DNA of 64,000 nucleotides from Azolla caroliniana. Taxonomy: Eukaryota; Plantae; Polypodiophyta. Every line of letters starts with the position of its first letter. Within the stretch, counting starts at the first letter, position 1. Under the pieces are notes generated by a model, which was given only the letters and a program-made list of their open reading frames with translations, did no database searches and was not told the origin of the DNA. Where the stretch lies: contig JBHGNT010000007.1 in NCBI GenBank assembly GCA_043228905.1, forward strand, positions 10,726,001 through 10,790,000, written 5' to 3'. A program made the position numbers and the translations under genes. Below are positions 13,221 through 26,063 of the stretch, in pieces.

Positions 13221-13445
13221 TGTCGTGCCTTTTGGTGCCGGATCGTATGCGTGAGTCGGGTGGGAACCGTTAGGGTTTTGGACTAGGAGAAAGAAGAATA
13301 TGAGATAATGTTAGTTAGGATGAGATTGTAAGAAGAAGATGTGAAACTCGTGAATCCCACGAGTATAATGTATTAATGGGTAATTAGATTGTAAGAGAGA
13401 ATTAGATGGTAAAATTGTGAATCCCACGAGTGTTTTGTATTAATC
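13221..13445 (-). mobile_element. LTR fragment (U5 end), same family as solo LTR 32163-32895
   Basis: TGTCGTGCCTTT...GCGTGAGTCGGGTGGGAACCG.TAGGGTTTTGGACTAGGA is the reverse complement of about 32826-32895. It is preceded by ACGT. Confidence 0.8.
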
Positions 13446-15448
13446 AATCCTTCGGACATCGAGCAATGGACGGACATAAAGAAAGTGTTCGAGGAGAGAA
13501 TCCTCGACAGCCGGGTAGATTTTTCACTTCGGGAACTACTCGAAATAGCAAAAAAGGAGTTCCATGATCTTCTTGTGGATCTCGTAAAAAGAAAAAGAAA
13601 AACTACAGAGGAAAATGCACCGATGGTGAATGCAAATACCATTCTGATGAACAACACCGAAGTGGAGGACGAGATTCCGAATTCCCACTACACAAGGCCA
13701 CACTGGGCACATGCAACTATAGAGACTCCGGTCCGAATCGGCAACATCAAAGAGCCCGTGCTAGCATTGATTGATCACGGATCGGAGATCAATTTGATGT
13801 CCAAAGAGTTCTACCGGAAGGGGAAGTGGCCTATTAACACCAATCATGGATGGAAGATCTGGGCGGCCACTAAAGCAACGAAAGATCTATTTGCGGCTTG
13901 TCTAGATGTGACGGTGAAGATCGGGGATGTCGAGATCGACCAAAATTTCTTCGTACAGGACGAGGTCTCACATTCCGTGATCCTCGGGCAACCCTTTATC
14001 ACGGCTTCACGGATGGAGACAAAGGTGCTCGATAGCAGTGCGACTTTCGCACGAATTCGGAGCCAAAGCGGAGGGAAATCCGTCCAATTCCTAACTGTGT
14101 CGGCAAATCATGAAAGGAACAAGAGAGAGCTCTTGTCCCAAACAAGGATGGATTTTTAGAGCGGACTGTTGCGGAGTGGGGAAGTGATAGTCTAAGAAGC
14201 CCTGATACCCTGCACAGGAAGAAAACTCTCGGAGCAAAACAAGTATGAATCGGTCTGGATGGGGCATCTACGTACACGGCTGTAACCAGAGGAATGAAGA
14301 AAGAATACCGAAAAGTGGAGGATAAGTTAAAGTCGGCATCAACAATAAAAGAAGATGAAGAAATCGTGGGAATAGTCGAAGAAGTGTTCTATGGGAGCAC
14401 GCTACAATGGCTTGAAGAGCTCGCGAAAGATACAAGCCAGGGAGACTGGGTAGTCCCGGTGGAATCGGTCGAGATGTACGAGATCATTGTGGAAATGGGG
14501 CCAGATGCGCTCCACAAAGAAGAAGCAATGGTAAGTACGAAATACAAGACCGTGGAGAAGAAGGTGAAACCGGCCACGGGACCACTACCCACCGATAGCT
14601 AACAAAAGAGAAAAGAAGTCTCGGGAGATCCGACACTTCGGAAGTCCGTGGATATCGGACATGCCTTCATGGATGAGACCCGGAAGAAACTTCGAATCGG
14701 TGGAGGTGGTTTCCTTTTACAAAATGAAGAAGAACGATTCCGAGGGATGTTGGAACAACATGGGAAATCATTTGCATTCACATCGAAGGAGATAGGGTGC
14801 GTTGATCCGAAGATAGTGGAGCCGATGGTGATCTTTACGATTGACCATGTGCCGTGGAACCTAAAGCCGATTCCGGTGCCACGGGCGCATATTCCGAAAA
14901 TCATCGACTTGCTCAAGGAGAAGGTGGCGATGGGGATTCTAGAGCCATCAAACGCTCCGTACTCAAATCGATGGTTTATGGTTCCGAAGAAGAATGGGTC
15001 ACTCCGATTTATCCAGGACTTGCAACCGGTTAACAAAGTCACGATCCGGAACTCCGGAGTTGGTCCGATAGTGGACAAATTTGCGGAAGCATTTGCCGGT
15101 CGAGCGATATACTCCATCGGAGACCTATACTCAAGGTATGACCAATTCCAACTAGCCATGGAGAGCCGAGACATCACTACCATGCGGACACTGATAGGAT
15201 TAGTCCGGATGTGTACGCTACCACAAAGAGCGACGAACTCGGTCGCACATATGATGAATGCAATGAACAAGGTGCTTCGAGACTACATTCCGGAGATAAC
15301 GATGCCATTCCTAGATGACATTCTGATGAAAGGATGCACGGTAGAAGAGAAAGATGAAACTATGGATGATCGAGGATGTCGAAAGTTCATAGTCAACCAT
15401 AATTGCGATTGCGAGAAAGTGCTTCGAAAGTTAGAAGATGTGCACCTG
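13446..15448 (+). mobile_element. Gypsy gag-protease-RT fragment, same lineage as 1-5412
   Basis: Protease ALIDHGSEINLM (13485-14159) and RT with PFLDDILMK (14648 onward), truncated after RT domain 6. Confidence 0.9.
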
Positions 15449-15885
15449 AGAAACCAAGAAGCTAACCTAAAACATTTAACCAGTCAAAAAGATAAATCTC
15501 CAAACCATACCCACCCAAATACCACAGTAAAAGAAGTCCTTAAGATTCCCACAAATTGTTTGAGTCAAGGGAAAGTTAAGTGTTGTCTTCAAAAAGATTG
15601 TATAATTCAGGAAGAATGCCAAAATGCATGAAGCCAACACAACAAGTTGAAACCCTGTTACAGACACTCGAAGAAAATTCATGGTTCTCTCTATATCTTC
15701 ATTTAAAATTGCCCATAGTGCTAATATGGTTCCACAAATCATACCATTACACCACATAGACCAAAACTGTTGAGCCCACTTGTTTTACCTTGCAAATTTG
15801 ATAGCAGAACCACCATGTAACCTTGCAAATTGAAAGACAGATCACGTGAACCAGCTACAAATGCACCCAACACTAGGATTCTGAC
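15449..15885 (-). pseudogene. Intron-less fragment of a nucleotide-sugar transporter (UGNT1/SLC35D-like)
   Basis: GAFVAGSRDLSF..GKTSGLNSFGL..WCNGMICG..SCILAFFLNYTIFL..LTQTICGNLKD, with a frameshift and internal deletions. Confidence 0.8.
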
Positions 15886-15929
15886 ATTCGCAATAACATA
15901 TCTCTTATTGATGCCATGCCAATTATATT

Positions 15930-16398
15930 CATAGCATCCACTAGCAATAAACATATCATTCTCATATCCTGCCAATAACATATGGATATGTATCTTTTGT
16001 CCAATAATACTTGACTTCAAATTGCCACAAGCTCTCACTTCAACTTGCATTTTTCAAAATAGTTCAATGCCTGTACTGAAGGTCCATGTTCCACATATCT
16101 TGAAATTAGGGCAGTTCATGAAACAACAATATGACTACATATTGTAGTGAAAACATGTTGTGATTCAAACATTGGGCCACATTTAGCATACAAATCCACT
16201 AAACTGTTACCAACAAAATGTTCATCGTCAAATCCCTTACATACAATATCTATATGAATTTCCCATGAATCAATAAGTTATTGCTAATAGACTCAACCAT
16301 ATGAAAACCTGCTTTTACAATATCATCGTGCATTTCTCGGGCCTTATCTAAAGATCCAGTGATGCTACAAGCTCTCAATATAACCAGAAATAAACGGA
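15930..16398 (-). pseudogene. PLS-class PPR gene fragments
   Basis: ILRACSITGSLDKAREMHDDIVKAG, DIVCKGFDDEHFVGNSLVDLYAKCG and ACGNLKSSIIGQKIHIHM in broken frames. Confidence 0.75.
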
Positions 16399-17488
16399 TT
16401 CCATGGACTGCTCTCAAGTGGATACTCTGGTACCTGAAAGGCACCTCGAGCACGTGCCTCCGATTCGGCTTAGGTAAGCTTTACGGATTTGGACATGTCG
16501 GCTGATGTAGATACTAGCCGGTCCACATCCAGGTACATCATGACCTATGCAAGGGGAGTTGTATCGTGGCAGATGAGTCTGTAGAAGTCCGTGGCACTGG
16601 CGACAATGGAAGCGGAGTACATGGCGGTTGTAGAAGTAGGCAAGGAAGTAATCAAGAGGAAGGACTTCATCGGAGAGTTAGGGATCCGGTAGGAGGAATT
16701 CTGGCTCTACTACAACAGTCAAAGTGCAATCCACCTTGCAAAGAACGTGACCTAGCACTCCCAGACCAAGCACATCTAGAGGAAATATCATTGGCTCCAG
16801 GAGAAGGTAGAAGACAAAGACTTTTAGCTGACGAAGATTCACATGGAGGAGAACAGGTCGGACATGCTGACCAAGGTGTTGTTGGTTGAGAAGTTGGATG
16901 TGTGCCAAAGAAGGATTGGATTGACAGGAAATCCCATGCCGGAGTGAAGGGGGAGTTTGTTTGGAAACTGGTCCCTCCAAATGGGATCGGACAAGCCGGA
17001 TCGGATGGATCCGGAAGGTATTTAGATCGGATCCTGCGTGAACCAAAAGTAGGGACATATTAGTAAATATGTTCAAATGCGCTTGTTGAGGCGACATTTG
17101 TAAATAGACCTAAAGTTATATGAATATAAATATAACTAGGGCAAAGCTTATTTAGTAGAGAGTTGTTGCAAGTTAGTTCTTGTTGTGAGGTGCTTGTTAC
17201 TACTATATAGAGTGAGTGAGAGAGAGAGATACAATAAGTTGGTATCTGTTGTAACCACCTATTGGAGAATATATTGAGCAGAAGGTTGTTGCCTCTGTGT
17301 CTCCTTTGTATCCTACCTCTCTTCCATAGTGATCCATTTCGGAGTTAGTGAACTCTCGTGGTTTTGCCTCTCAAGGTTTTCCACGTTAACTTACTATGTC
17401 GACTCATTCCTATGTAAGTGCATCGATCTCTATTTGTTGTTCTATTTCTTCCATTGTGCATTTGGAACTTGGTTGTGGCCGAGAACGA
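16399..17488 (+). mobile_element. Copia 3' fragment: RNase H, PPT and truncated 3' LTR (from 16958)
   Basis: WILWYLKGT...SWQM..., then ccggagtgaagggggagtt|tgtttgg, the same junction as in 48139-53776. Confidence 0.85.
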
Positions 17489-20400
17489 TTACTCGATAGG
17501 ACCATTATTGGTTGTTTCTTACTACTCCATGCTATTGCCGCACTCCCAAACGAGAACATAAAGCCTGATGTCGACCGGTGATCTATGGTGTCTTCGCCCC
17601 AATCGACATTTGTGTAGCCAACCAACTGTTCGATTATGCCATGGCAATATAGTGGTCCACGATCCTTTGTGCCACTCATATATCTCAATATCTGATAAAC
17701 GCATTGAAGGCGCTTGAATTTCGGGCTCTGTATGAATTGACTTATCATGCCAACCGGATAGCTAAGATCGGATCGTGTGATGGTTAAGTATATTAGGCTT
17801 CTGACGACTTGTCAAAACCGTTTCGTATCGTGGGCCACTCCTGAGTCATGGAGAAGCTTCAGGTTTCGATCAAGAGGAGTGGTGATGGATTGGTAATCCA
17901 TCCTACCAATTTATACATCATATTCAAGATGTAGTGCCATTGAGTTAGCAATATGCCATCGAGGGTGTGGATCACTTCGATCCTGAGGAAGTAATGAAGG
18001 TCCCCAAAATCCTTCATTTCAAATGCACTCAACAACTAGAACTTTACTCGGCTTTTCTCAACAAGGTCGAGTCTGGTGACGACCAGGTCATCTACGTACA
18101 AAAATATGCAACCAGACCTTTTGAACCTTTTGGACCTTTCCGGATGAACAAGAAAGAGTCGCACTTTGAGACTGCAAACCACATCTTACGTAGATGTTGC
18201 GTGATTTTCGAGTTCCAAGCACGTGGGGCTTGCTTGAGACCGTAAAGTGACTTCCTCAGCCGGCATATTGCTAACTTATTCAACTCCGATTGAAATCCAG
18301 GGGGTTGAACAATAAATACCTATTCTTCAAGATCTTCTTGAAGAAACACATTCTTTACATCCATCTGATGGAGATGCCACCCCCTTGCCGCTGCTACCGC
18401 GAGCACCACACAGACTGTCGTAGTCTTCGTTACTGGTGCAAAGGTCTCGTCGTAATCGATGTCATGAGTCTGTGTGTATCCCTTGGCCACGAATCAATCC
18501 TTATATTAGTTGACCGAGTTGTCGACGTTTGACTTTACTTTGTACAACCATTTGTACCCAATCGGTTTGTAGTGTCGGGGAGGGTCAACCAAGTCCCATG
18601 TCTTGTTGGCAGCTAGTGCTTACATTTCTTCCTCCATGGCTGATCACCATTTGGCATCTTGTGATGCCTCCATGTAGCTCTCCGGCTCGCGCCCTTCTAC
18701 CACTTTCGACATGTATGCATAATGATGCTCCATATATTCATTGTATCTGTATTGGATCACCAGGTTCTTCTCGCGAGTTGATCAACGTAGCTTCTCATTA
18801 GCCGATTTGAGGGCCCTCTTGGCCGCATCTGACCTCAACTCATGTGGCTCCTTATCACTTTGGTTGGTGTCAGATTCTCCTTGATCCAATGCACCTTTAT
18901 TTGTATTGTACTCTAGCATATTCATTTTCCCCTTCTCTTTGCTCATATACCGTCTCCTCGGTTTTTGGCATAGGGACTGGATGGCCGAGTCTTCACTACT
19001 TGCTGGCTCTTCATTCGACTAGTCATTCTAACTCAGCTCTTCATTCAACTCTCTTCTAGAGGGTCGATTTCTTCTTCTTCAACCATCGTCTCGGCCTCAG
19101 TGGCCTCATTCTCAATAATCGGCACAAAGATGGAAAGGAATACCAAGTCACCGATTCGTCGAACACGACGTCTTGGCTTACTCGCACTTGCTTCGTCAAG
19201 GGTTATAGCATTTGTATCCCTTCTATTCATGTGAGTATCCAACCAGGATGTATTTCTCTCACTTGGCATCCAGCTTTTTCCGCTTCTCATCCGGCACATG
19301 CACATACACAATGTTGCCGAATACCCTCAAGTGTTTCAAATTCGGCTTGCCCTTGAAATACAGCTCATGTGCTAACACCTTTCCTCTATGTGCAGAAATC
19401 TAATTCTGGATGTACATACAACTATTCGAATGGCTTTGGCCTAGTAAAACTTGGGCATGCTCTTCTCTTCCAGCATTGCCCGAGTCGCTTCCATAATCGA
19501 TCAGTTCTTTCTTTCGGCTATGCCATTCTGCTCTAACATATATCTACAACTAAATTTGCATCAAATTCCAATCTACTGCAGATAATAGTTGAACTAGCCA
19601 AAAAAGTATTCTTTTGTGCCATCCGGCCATAGACACTTGATTTTCCTCTCTGTTTCCCGTTCTACAAGATTCCTCAAGTTCCGCAAAAAGGAGAAAATAT
19701 CACTCTTCTTCTCTATGAGGCAAACCCACGTGTGTCGGTTGTAGTCATCGATGAAGGAGATGAAGTATAAACTCCCGCCTATACTCACATTCTATGTCTG
19801 ACCTCACACATCCGAATGAACCAGGTAGAGCTTGTTACGACTCTAATTTCACTCATTGGGGAAAGGAAGCTAGTGTTGCTTCCCTAACTGGCAGGCTTCA
19901 CAAACTTGGGCCTTCCAGCCACTGAACTTCAACAAGCCGAACACAATCTGTTTCGCTTGCAACTCTTGAAGCCTTTGAAAATTGACATGGTTGATCTACT
20001 TATGCCACAAGTCGATATCCAATTTGACTTTTTGTCCTTTGGTGAACATAGCGGTGCCAACATCGTTTGTATCGAGGATGAATATCCTCCTTTCTCATCG
20101 CCCTTGCGCGATGATTCGTCCTTCTTCTTCAACGAAACAACCTAGGTAGCTCAACCGAACATGCATTCCTTGGTCAACGATCTAGCCGACCAACACCAGA
20201 TTCTTGGTGATCGTTGGAACATGCAAGATGGTCCTTAGTCTCCCTTTATATTCGACATGCCTCAAGGGGACATCACCAACATGCTCGATGGGATGTGAGG
20301 TGTCATCACCAGTTTCGACGACCCCTAGCTGATTCGGCTTCTCAAGATATGAGAACCATTCTTTGTGACCCATCATGTGATTCGATACTCTGGAATGAAC

Positions 20401-21750
20401 ATATCATGCCTCATTTGGTTTCGAGGTGCTCGACTTCATCGAGTTGGCTTTGTGCTTCATTACGAAGGCAAGATATGTTCCGTCTTGCTTCGTGCCTTCA
20501 GCGAAGTGTGATCCCTACTAATTTTCCTGTGCTTTGCCTGACTCGGCTTTTTCGGAGTCAGCCTTCTTCTTCCAGCACTAGCTTTCCTTGTGGCCCTTCC
20601 GACCATAGTACCAGCAATTAGTGGCTTTGTTTTGTCTACCTCCAGCACCACCTTCACTCCCCCTGCTTGTGGAGGGTCCACTGTTTTCGGCACTTCCTTT
20701 TGTGCCTCTGCTTCTATTCTTGTCGGTCATCACCATTGCATGCAGATCCTCCACGTTCTCCACGGACACAGGGCTTATCTGCCTTCATGTACAACCTTTG
20801 GCTATCAGAGTGCGTGCTCCTTGACGCACCTGTGTGGTTTTCTTCGACAATAAGCGTCGATTGTAAATAGTCATGGTTTCTCCCTCGTGCAAATAGTCGT
20901 ACCTCGGAGCTAGACCACCATGGTAGATCTATACCATTTCTTCCTCATCCACCGACACATTGGCAGACCCTAAAGCATCATAGATCTCCTTTATCTTCGT
21001 GGTGTAATTGGCCATCGACATATCCATCTGTCGGATATTGTTGAGCTCTTGATGAAACTACAATTTCTGGGCCGTGGTAATTGGGGCGAAAATCTTCTTG
21101 AGATTTCCCATGCATCCTTCGGCACCTTTCCACTCTGAATGTAGCCTAGCATCTGATCTTGCACATAGGATGCAAGGTAGTACAAGACTCTACTTGCTCC
21201 TTGCTCCCAAACTGCAAAATCAGACTGTCTTTTCTGAACTTTGTGTCAAGTAGCTTCTGAACTCTATGTCGATTCGGAAGTGTATCTTTGTTTAGGGTAA
21301 GGGGTGTATTTGTAAATGGTAAGAAGGGGGTTCGGTTGCATCCGTCTCCTGATAATGCCCTACCCTCGTGGCCACTTAGTGGCGCAATATCCCTTCCCGT
21401 GGATCTTGAGATTTTCCCATGCCTCCTTCGGCGTCTTTCCATTCCGAATGTAGCCTAGCATCTGATCGTGCATATAGGATGCAAGGAAGTAGAAGACTCT
21501 ACTTGCTCCTTGCTCCCAAACCCCAAAATCCTTCTATATTGATTCTGATGCTACTCCATTTTCTCCTTGGATGTAACTCTAGTAGCCATGCTCAAGCAGG
21601 TACTGGTGCATCTTGTATTCGAAACATGCGTTGTTGCTTCTATCCAAATTCTCTGTCAGAAGAGCACCACCATGCCTCTATCCATGATTCTATTCTTCTC
21701 TTTTCCCGAACCCTATTGTTGACTCGTGTTAGAAAGCTACGTCAACTACG
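17489..21750 (-). mobile_element. Highly degenerate Ty1/copia element (gag to RNase H)
   Basis: [30 protein letters not shown] and AWSSKKQP fragments. Confidence 0.85.
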
Positions 21751-24700
21751 AAGGTGTTACAGACAACCAACCGCAGACTGGGATGGAGCACGGATGATGA
21801 GGCTACAAACGAAGGGCTATGAACTTGCAGCTAGAAGTGACAAGGCTAGAAACTCTAGAAGTTGTGAGCGATACGAGAGCATGAAGATGGAGAGCTCGAA
21901 GTGACAAGGCTAGAAACAAGACATACCAAGCATGGACTAGGACGGAGCACAGGTGATGAGGCTACGAGCAACAGATGAACTTGGACCTAGATGTGACTCC
22001 GCGCGCTTCAACCCTTCCGACTGACTTGTCTACTCATGTGGACCTTTTTAGCTCCCTTGCTATCTCGGTGTTGGCACCTCTTTTGCTGCCCTTTCGATCA
22101 CTTCCAATTCAATTCCACTTTCGCCCAAATTGGTTGTCTCCAATTCGTCTTCTGTTTTCATCCCTTGACAACATAAGACCATGTGTTGGTCTTGGCCTTT
22201 ACACCCTATTGGATTTATTTCCCCTTTGTTCGGTTGTCTTCGGCTCTTCCCTGCGATTACGGCCCCTATTTTCTTCTTCGGCTTCTTCAGCCGGCCCAAA
22301 ATCGAATTCTTCCTCTGTGTTGGAATCGCGGTCACTACTGCTCCTTTCATGCTCCTGTACCTGTCTCCCCCTCATGTTCGGCATGTCGAGCTGACGCAAA
22401 CCCAGCTCACGCGAGAAATGCCGCAACTTGTCGAGACCAAGGGGCTTGGTGAAGATGTCGGAAATCTGTTGAACCATTGGAACATACGCTAGTTCGACTT
22501 CACCAGAAAGGACATGTTCACGGACAAAATGGTAGTCCACCTCAATGTGCTTGGTCTGGGCATGGAATACAGGGTTTTTCGCAAGCTAGATATTACTAAG
22601 GTTGTCGCAATAGATTATCGTTGGATCGGACACCTCCACATGCAGATCCCGAAATAGTTGTCTCATCCAAATGACTTCGCATGTAGCGACAGTCGCCCCT
22701 CGATATTCGGCCTCTGTGCTTGACAACGCTACTGTCGGTTGCTTCTTACTGCTCCATGCGATCGTTGCACTTCCCAATGAGAATGCGTATCCGGATGTGG
22801 ATCTATGATCGTGAGCATTTCCGGCCCAATCGACATCCGTGTAGCCAACTAACTATTCGGCTATGCCTATATGATACAACAACGCCATGTCTTTTGTGCC
22901 ACTAACATATCGCAATATCCTTTGCGCACACTGAAAGTGTTCGGATGCAGGCTGCTACATAAACTGACTGATCAAGCTGACTAGGTAGTTGAGATCCGGC
23001 CGAGTAATCGTCAAGTAAATTAGGCTTCCGATGATCTGTCAGAACCATGTCGGGCCGCACGCCTCACCCGAATCTTGGCGAAGCTTTACATTTTTGTCCA
23101 GAGGGATCGAGGTGGGCTTACAAACTACAATCCCTAACTTGAAGAGCATGTTCAACACTTAATGATGTTGGATGATCAATATGCCTTCGGGGGAACGGAT
23201 CACTTCGATCCCGAGGAAGTAATGAAGGTCTCCAAGATCCTTCATGTCAAATGATGCCGCAAGCTGAGACTTGACGCGGTCGATTTCTTCTAGGTTGGCA
23301 CCGGTGATGACTAAATCGTCAACATACAGTAGAAGACTAATCGGCCCATGTTTACCTTGTTAAACAAATAATGAAGAGTCTGACTTGGACGTCGTGAAAC
23401 CCATCCTACGCAACCGTTGCATAATCTTTGCGTTCCAAGCTTGTAGGGCTTGCTTAAGTCAGTATAAAGACTTCTTCAATCGGCAAACTGCCGAAGTGTT
23501 CTATTCGGATAGAAATCCGAGGGGTTGTACCATGTATACTTGTTCCTCAAGATCACCCTACAGGAACGCATTTTTTACATCCATCTAATGTAAGTGCCAC
23601 CCCTTCGCCGCTACTACGGCTAGCAAAACACACACGGTGGTCATCTTCGCGACTGGTGCGAACGTCTCGTCGTAATCTACATCATGCTTCTACACATAGC
23701 ATTTCGCAACCAAACGAGCCTCATATCGGTTGACCGAGCCGTCGGTGTTATATTTCACCTTAAACACCCATCTGCATCCGATCGGCTTCACACCTTTAGG
23801 TGCGTCAACTAGGTCCCAAGTCTCGTTATCCGATAAAGCATGCATCTCTTCCTCCATCGCAGCATGCTAGTTTGCGTCTTCCGCCGTTTCTACGTAGCTC
23901 TTCGGCTCACGCACTTCCACCACTCATGTCATGTACACATAATGGTGCGCCATGTATTCGTTGTGCCTGTATCTTTTTACAGGGTTCTTCAAGCGGGTAG
24001 ATCGGTGTAATTTGTGAATACCCAATTTTACGGCCTTTTCGGCCGATTTCAACTTCTTCTGTAGAGAGTCCTTCTCGATTGGCCCGACGTCAGATTCGCC
24101 CCGTTTTGACTCGGCATTGCCAAAATTGTATTCCGACATTTTCTTCTTCCCTTTTTCTTTACACGTAAACCGTCTCCTCGGTTCTTTACGCGGGGACAAC
24201 ATAGCCGAGTCTCCACTATTCGCCGACTCTTCATTTGGTTAGCCATCTCGGCCCAACCCCTCATTCAGCCCACTTCGCCGAAATGAGATCGGACTTGTCA
24301 GAGCTCCGATTTCCGCATCTCACGGAGGCAACTCGTCGCTACTGACCTCTTCTTCAGAATTCGGAATGGAGTCATGAGGTGATGGAGGTAAAGGCAAGTA
24401 CCACGAAGCGTACTTGTCGAACACGACATCTCGGCTTACGCGAACTTCCTTTGTTCAGGGGTTATAGCACTTATACCCCTTCTACTCGTCTGAATAGCCG
24501 ATCACGATACACTTCTCGGCTTTGGCATCTAGCTTCCTCCTCTTCTCCTTCGACACATGCACATATGCAATGTTGTTGAAAATCCTCAAGTGTGCCGGGT
24601 TCGGCTTCTTCCCAGAATACAACTCATGTGGTGACACTCCTTCATTAGCAGAAGTCCAATTCTGCAAATAAATAGTCGTCCTTATGGCTTCAGCCCAATA

Positions 24701-25519
24701 AAATTTCAGCATATGCGTCTCTTCAAGCATTGCCCTGGCGGCTTCTTCGATCGTCTGATTCTTCAGCTCGGCTACGCCGTTCTACTCTGGCGTATATCTA
24801 CACAAGAATTCGCGTCGAATTCCCTCCTTCTATAGATAACTCGTGAATTGGTCGAAGAAGTACTCCTTCCCACCATCGGACCGTAGGCATTTGATCTTAC
24901 GCCTTGTTTCCCTTTCTGCAAGGTTCTTTACCTCCAAGAAACATGCGAAGACTTCACTCTTCTTCGCGATCGTACATGCCCCGGTAGGCTGAGTGAAGTC
25001 ATCATTGAAGGTTACGAAGTAACAACTACCATCGAAACTCATGTTCTATGCCAGTCCCCACACATCCGAATGGATCACATCCAACGGATTTTGACTATGA
25101 TTACGCTCATTGGGGAGTGGAAGTCGGTGTTGCTTCCCTAGTTGGCAAGCTTCGCAAACTTGACCATTACAGACCTGAAATTTCAGCAAACCGAAAACAA
25201 TGTTCTTCGTTTGCATTTCATGAAGCCGCTTATGCCACAGGTTGATGTCCAACTTGACCTTCTATCCTCTAGCGAACAACACGGTTCTAGCTTGATTGGT
25301 GTCGAGGATGAACATCCTCCCTTCATGGCACCCTTGTGTGATAACTTGGCCTTCCTCTTTGATGTAGCACCTGAGGTGCGTGAATCGAACTTGCATCCCT
25401 TGCTCGACGATTTGACCGACCGACACGAGGTTCGTGGTTTATTTATTTATTTATTTATTTATAATAAAATATCCTTCCATTAGTTTTAAAAAAGCACATC
25501 AGCTACAATGCTATGTTTT

Positions 25520-26000
25520 CCGTAGAGATTGTGCAACTATTGAAGCCGCTCTATCCCACAACACCCGATCTGAAAGATCATTGAATGTGTTTTTGGTTTT
25601 TTCCAAGCTGGCCACATTTAGCATACATGTCCAGCAAAGAATTCCCAAGCTTAATATTGTCTTCCAACAGTCTCACGATTTCATTGTGAATTTCTATGCC
25701 CTTATCAACTACCACTACACTGCCACAATCCTTTAGCAAACATACAAGGGTGTTTGCATCCGGAAGTAGTCCAATTACTGCAGTAGCATCTTCAAAAATG
25801 CCACATTTAGCATATGCATCAACTAGAATAGCCACAAGACACAGATCTGAATCAAACTCCCTTTCAATATCTCATTATGGATTTTTTGCCCTCTTCTCAT
25901 AGCTTTTAGGATTATGCATGCCTTCAACATAAAAATATAGGTCACAAAAATTCGCATAGTCCCTTTCAACTACTCTTAGACTGCTATAGACATATGTTTG
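25520..26000 (-). pseudogene. PPR gene fragment carried in the 3' region of the LINE
   Basis: MLKACIILKAMRRGQKIHNEI..AILVDAYAKCG..LLKDCG..KGIEIHNEI..LGNSLLDMYAKCGQL. Confidence 0.8.
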
Positions 26001-26063
26001 TCCCTGAGCATAAGAAATAATAGTTATACATTGACACATGCCTCATGTTGGTGGAGGAAATAC

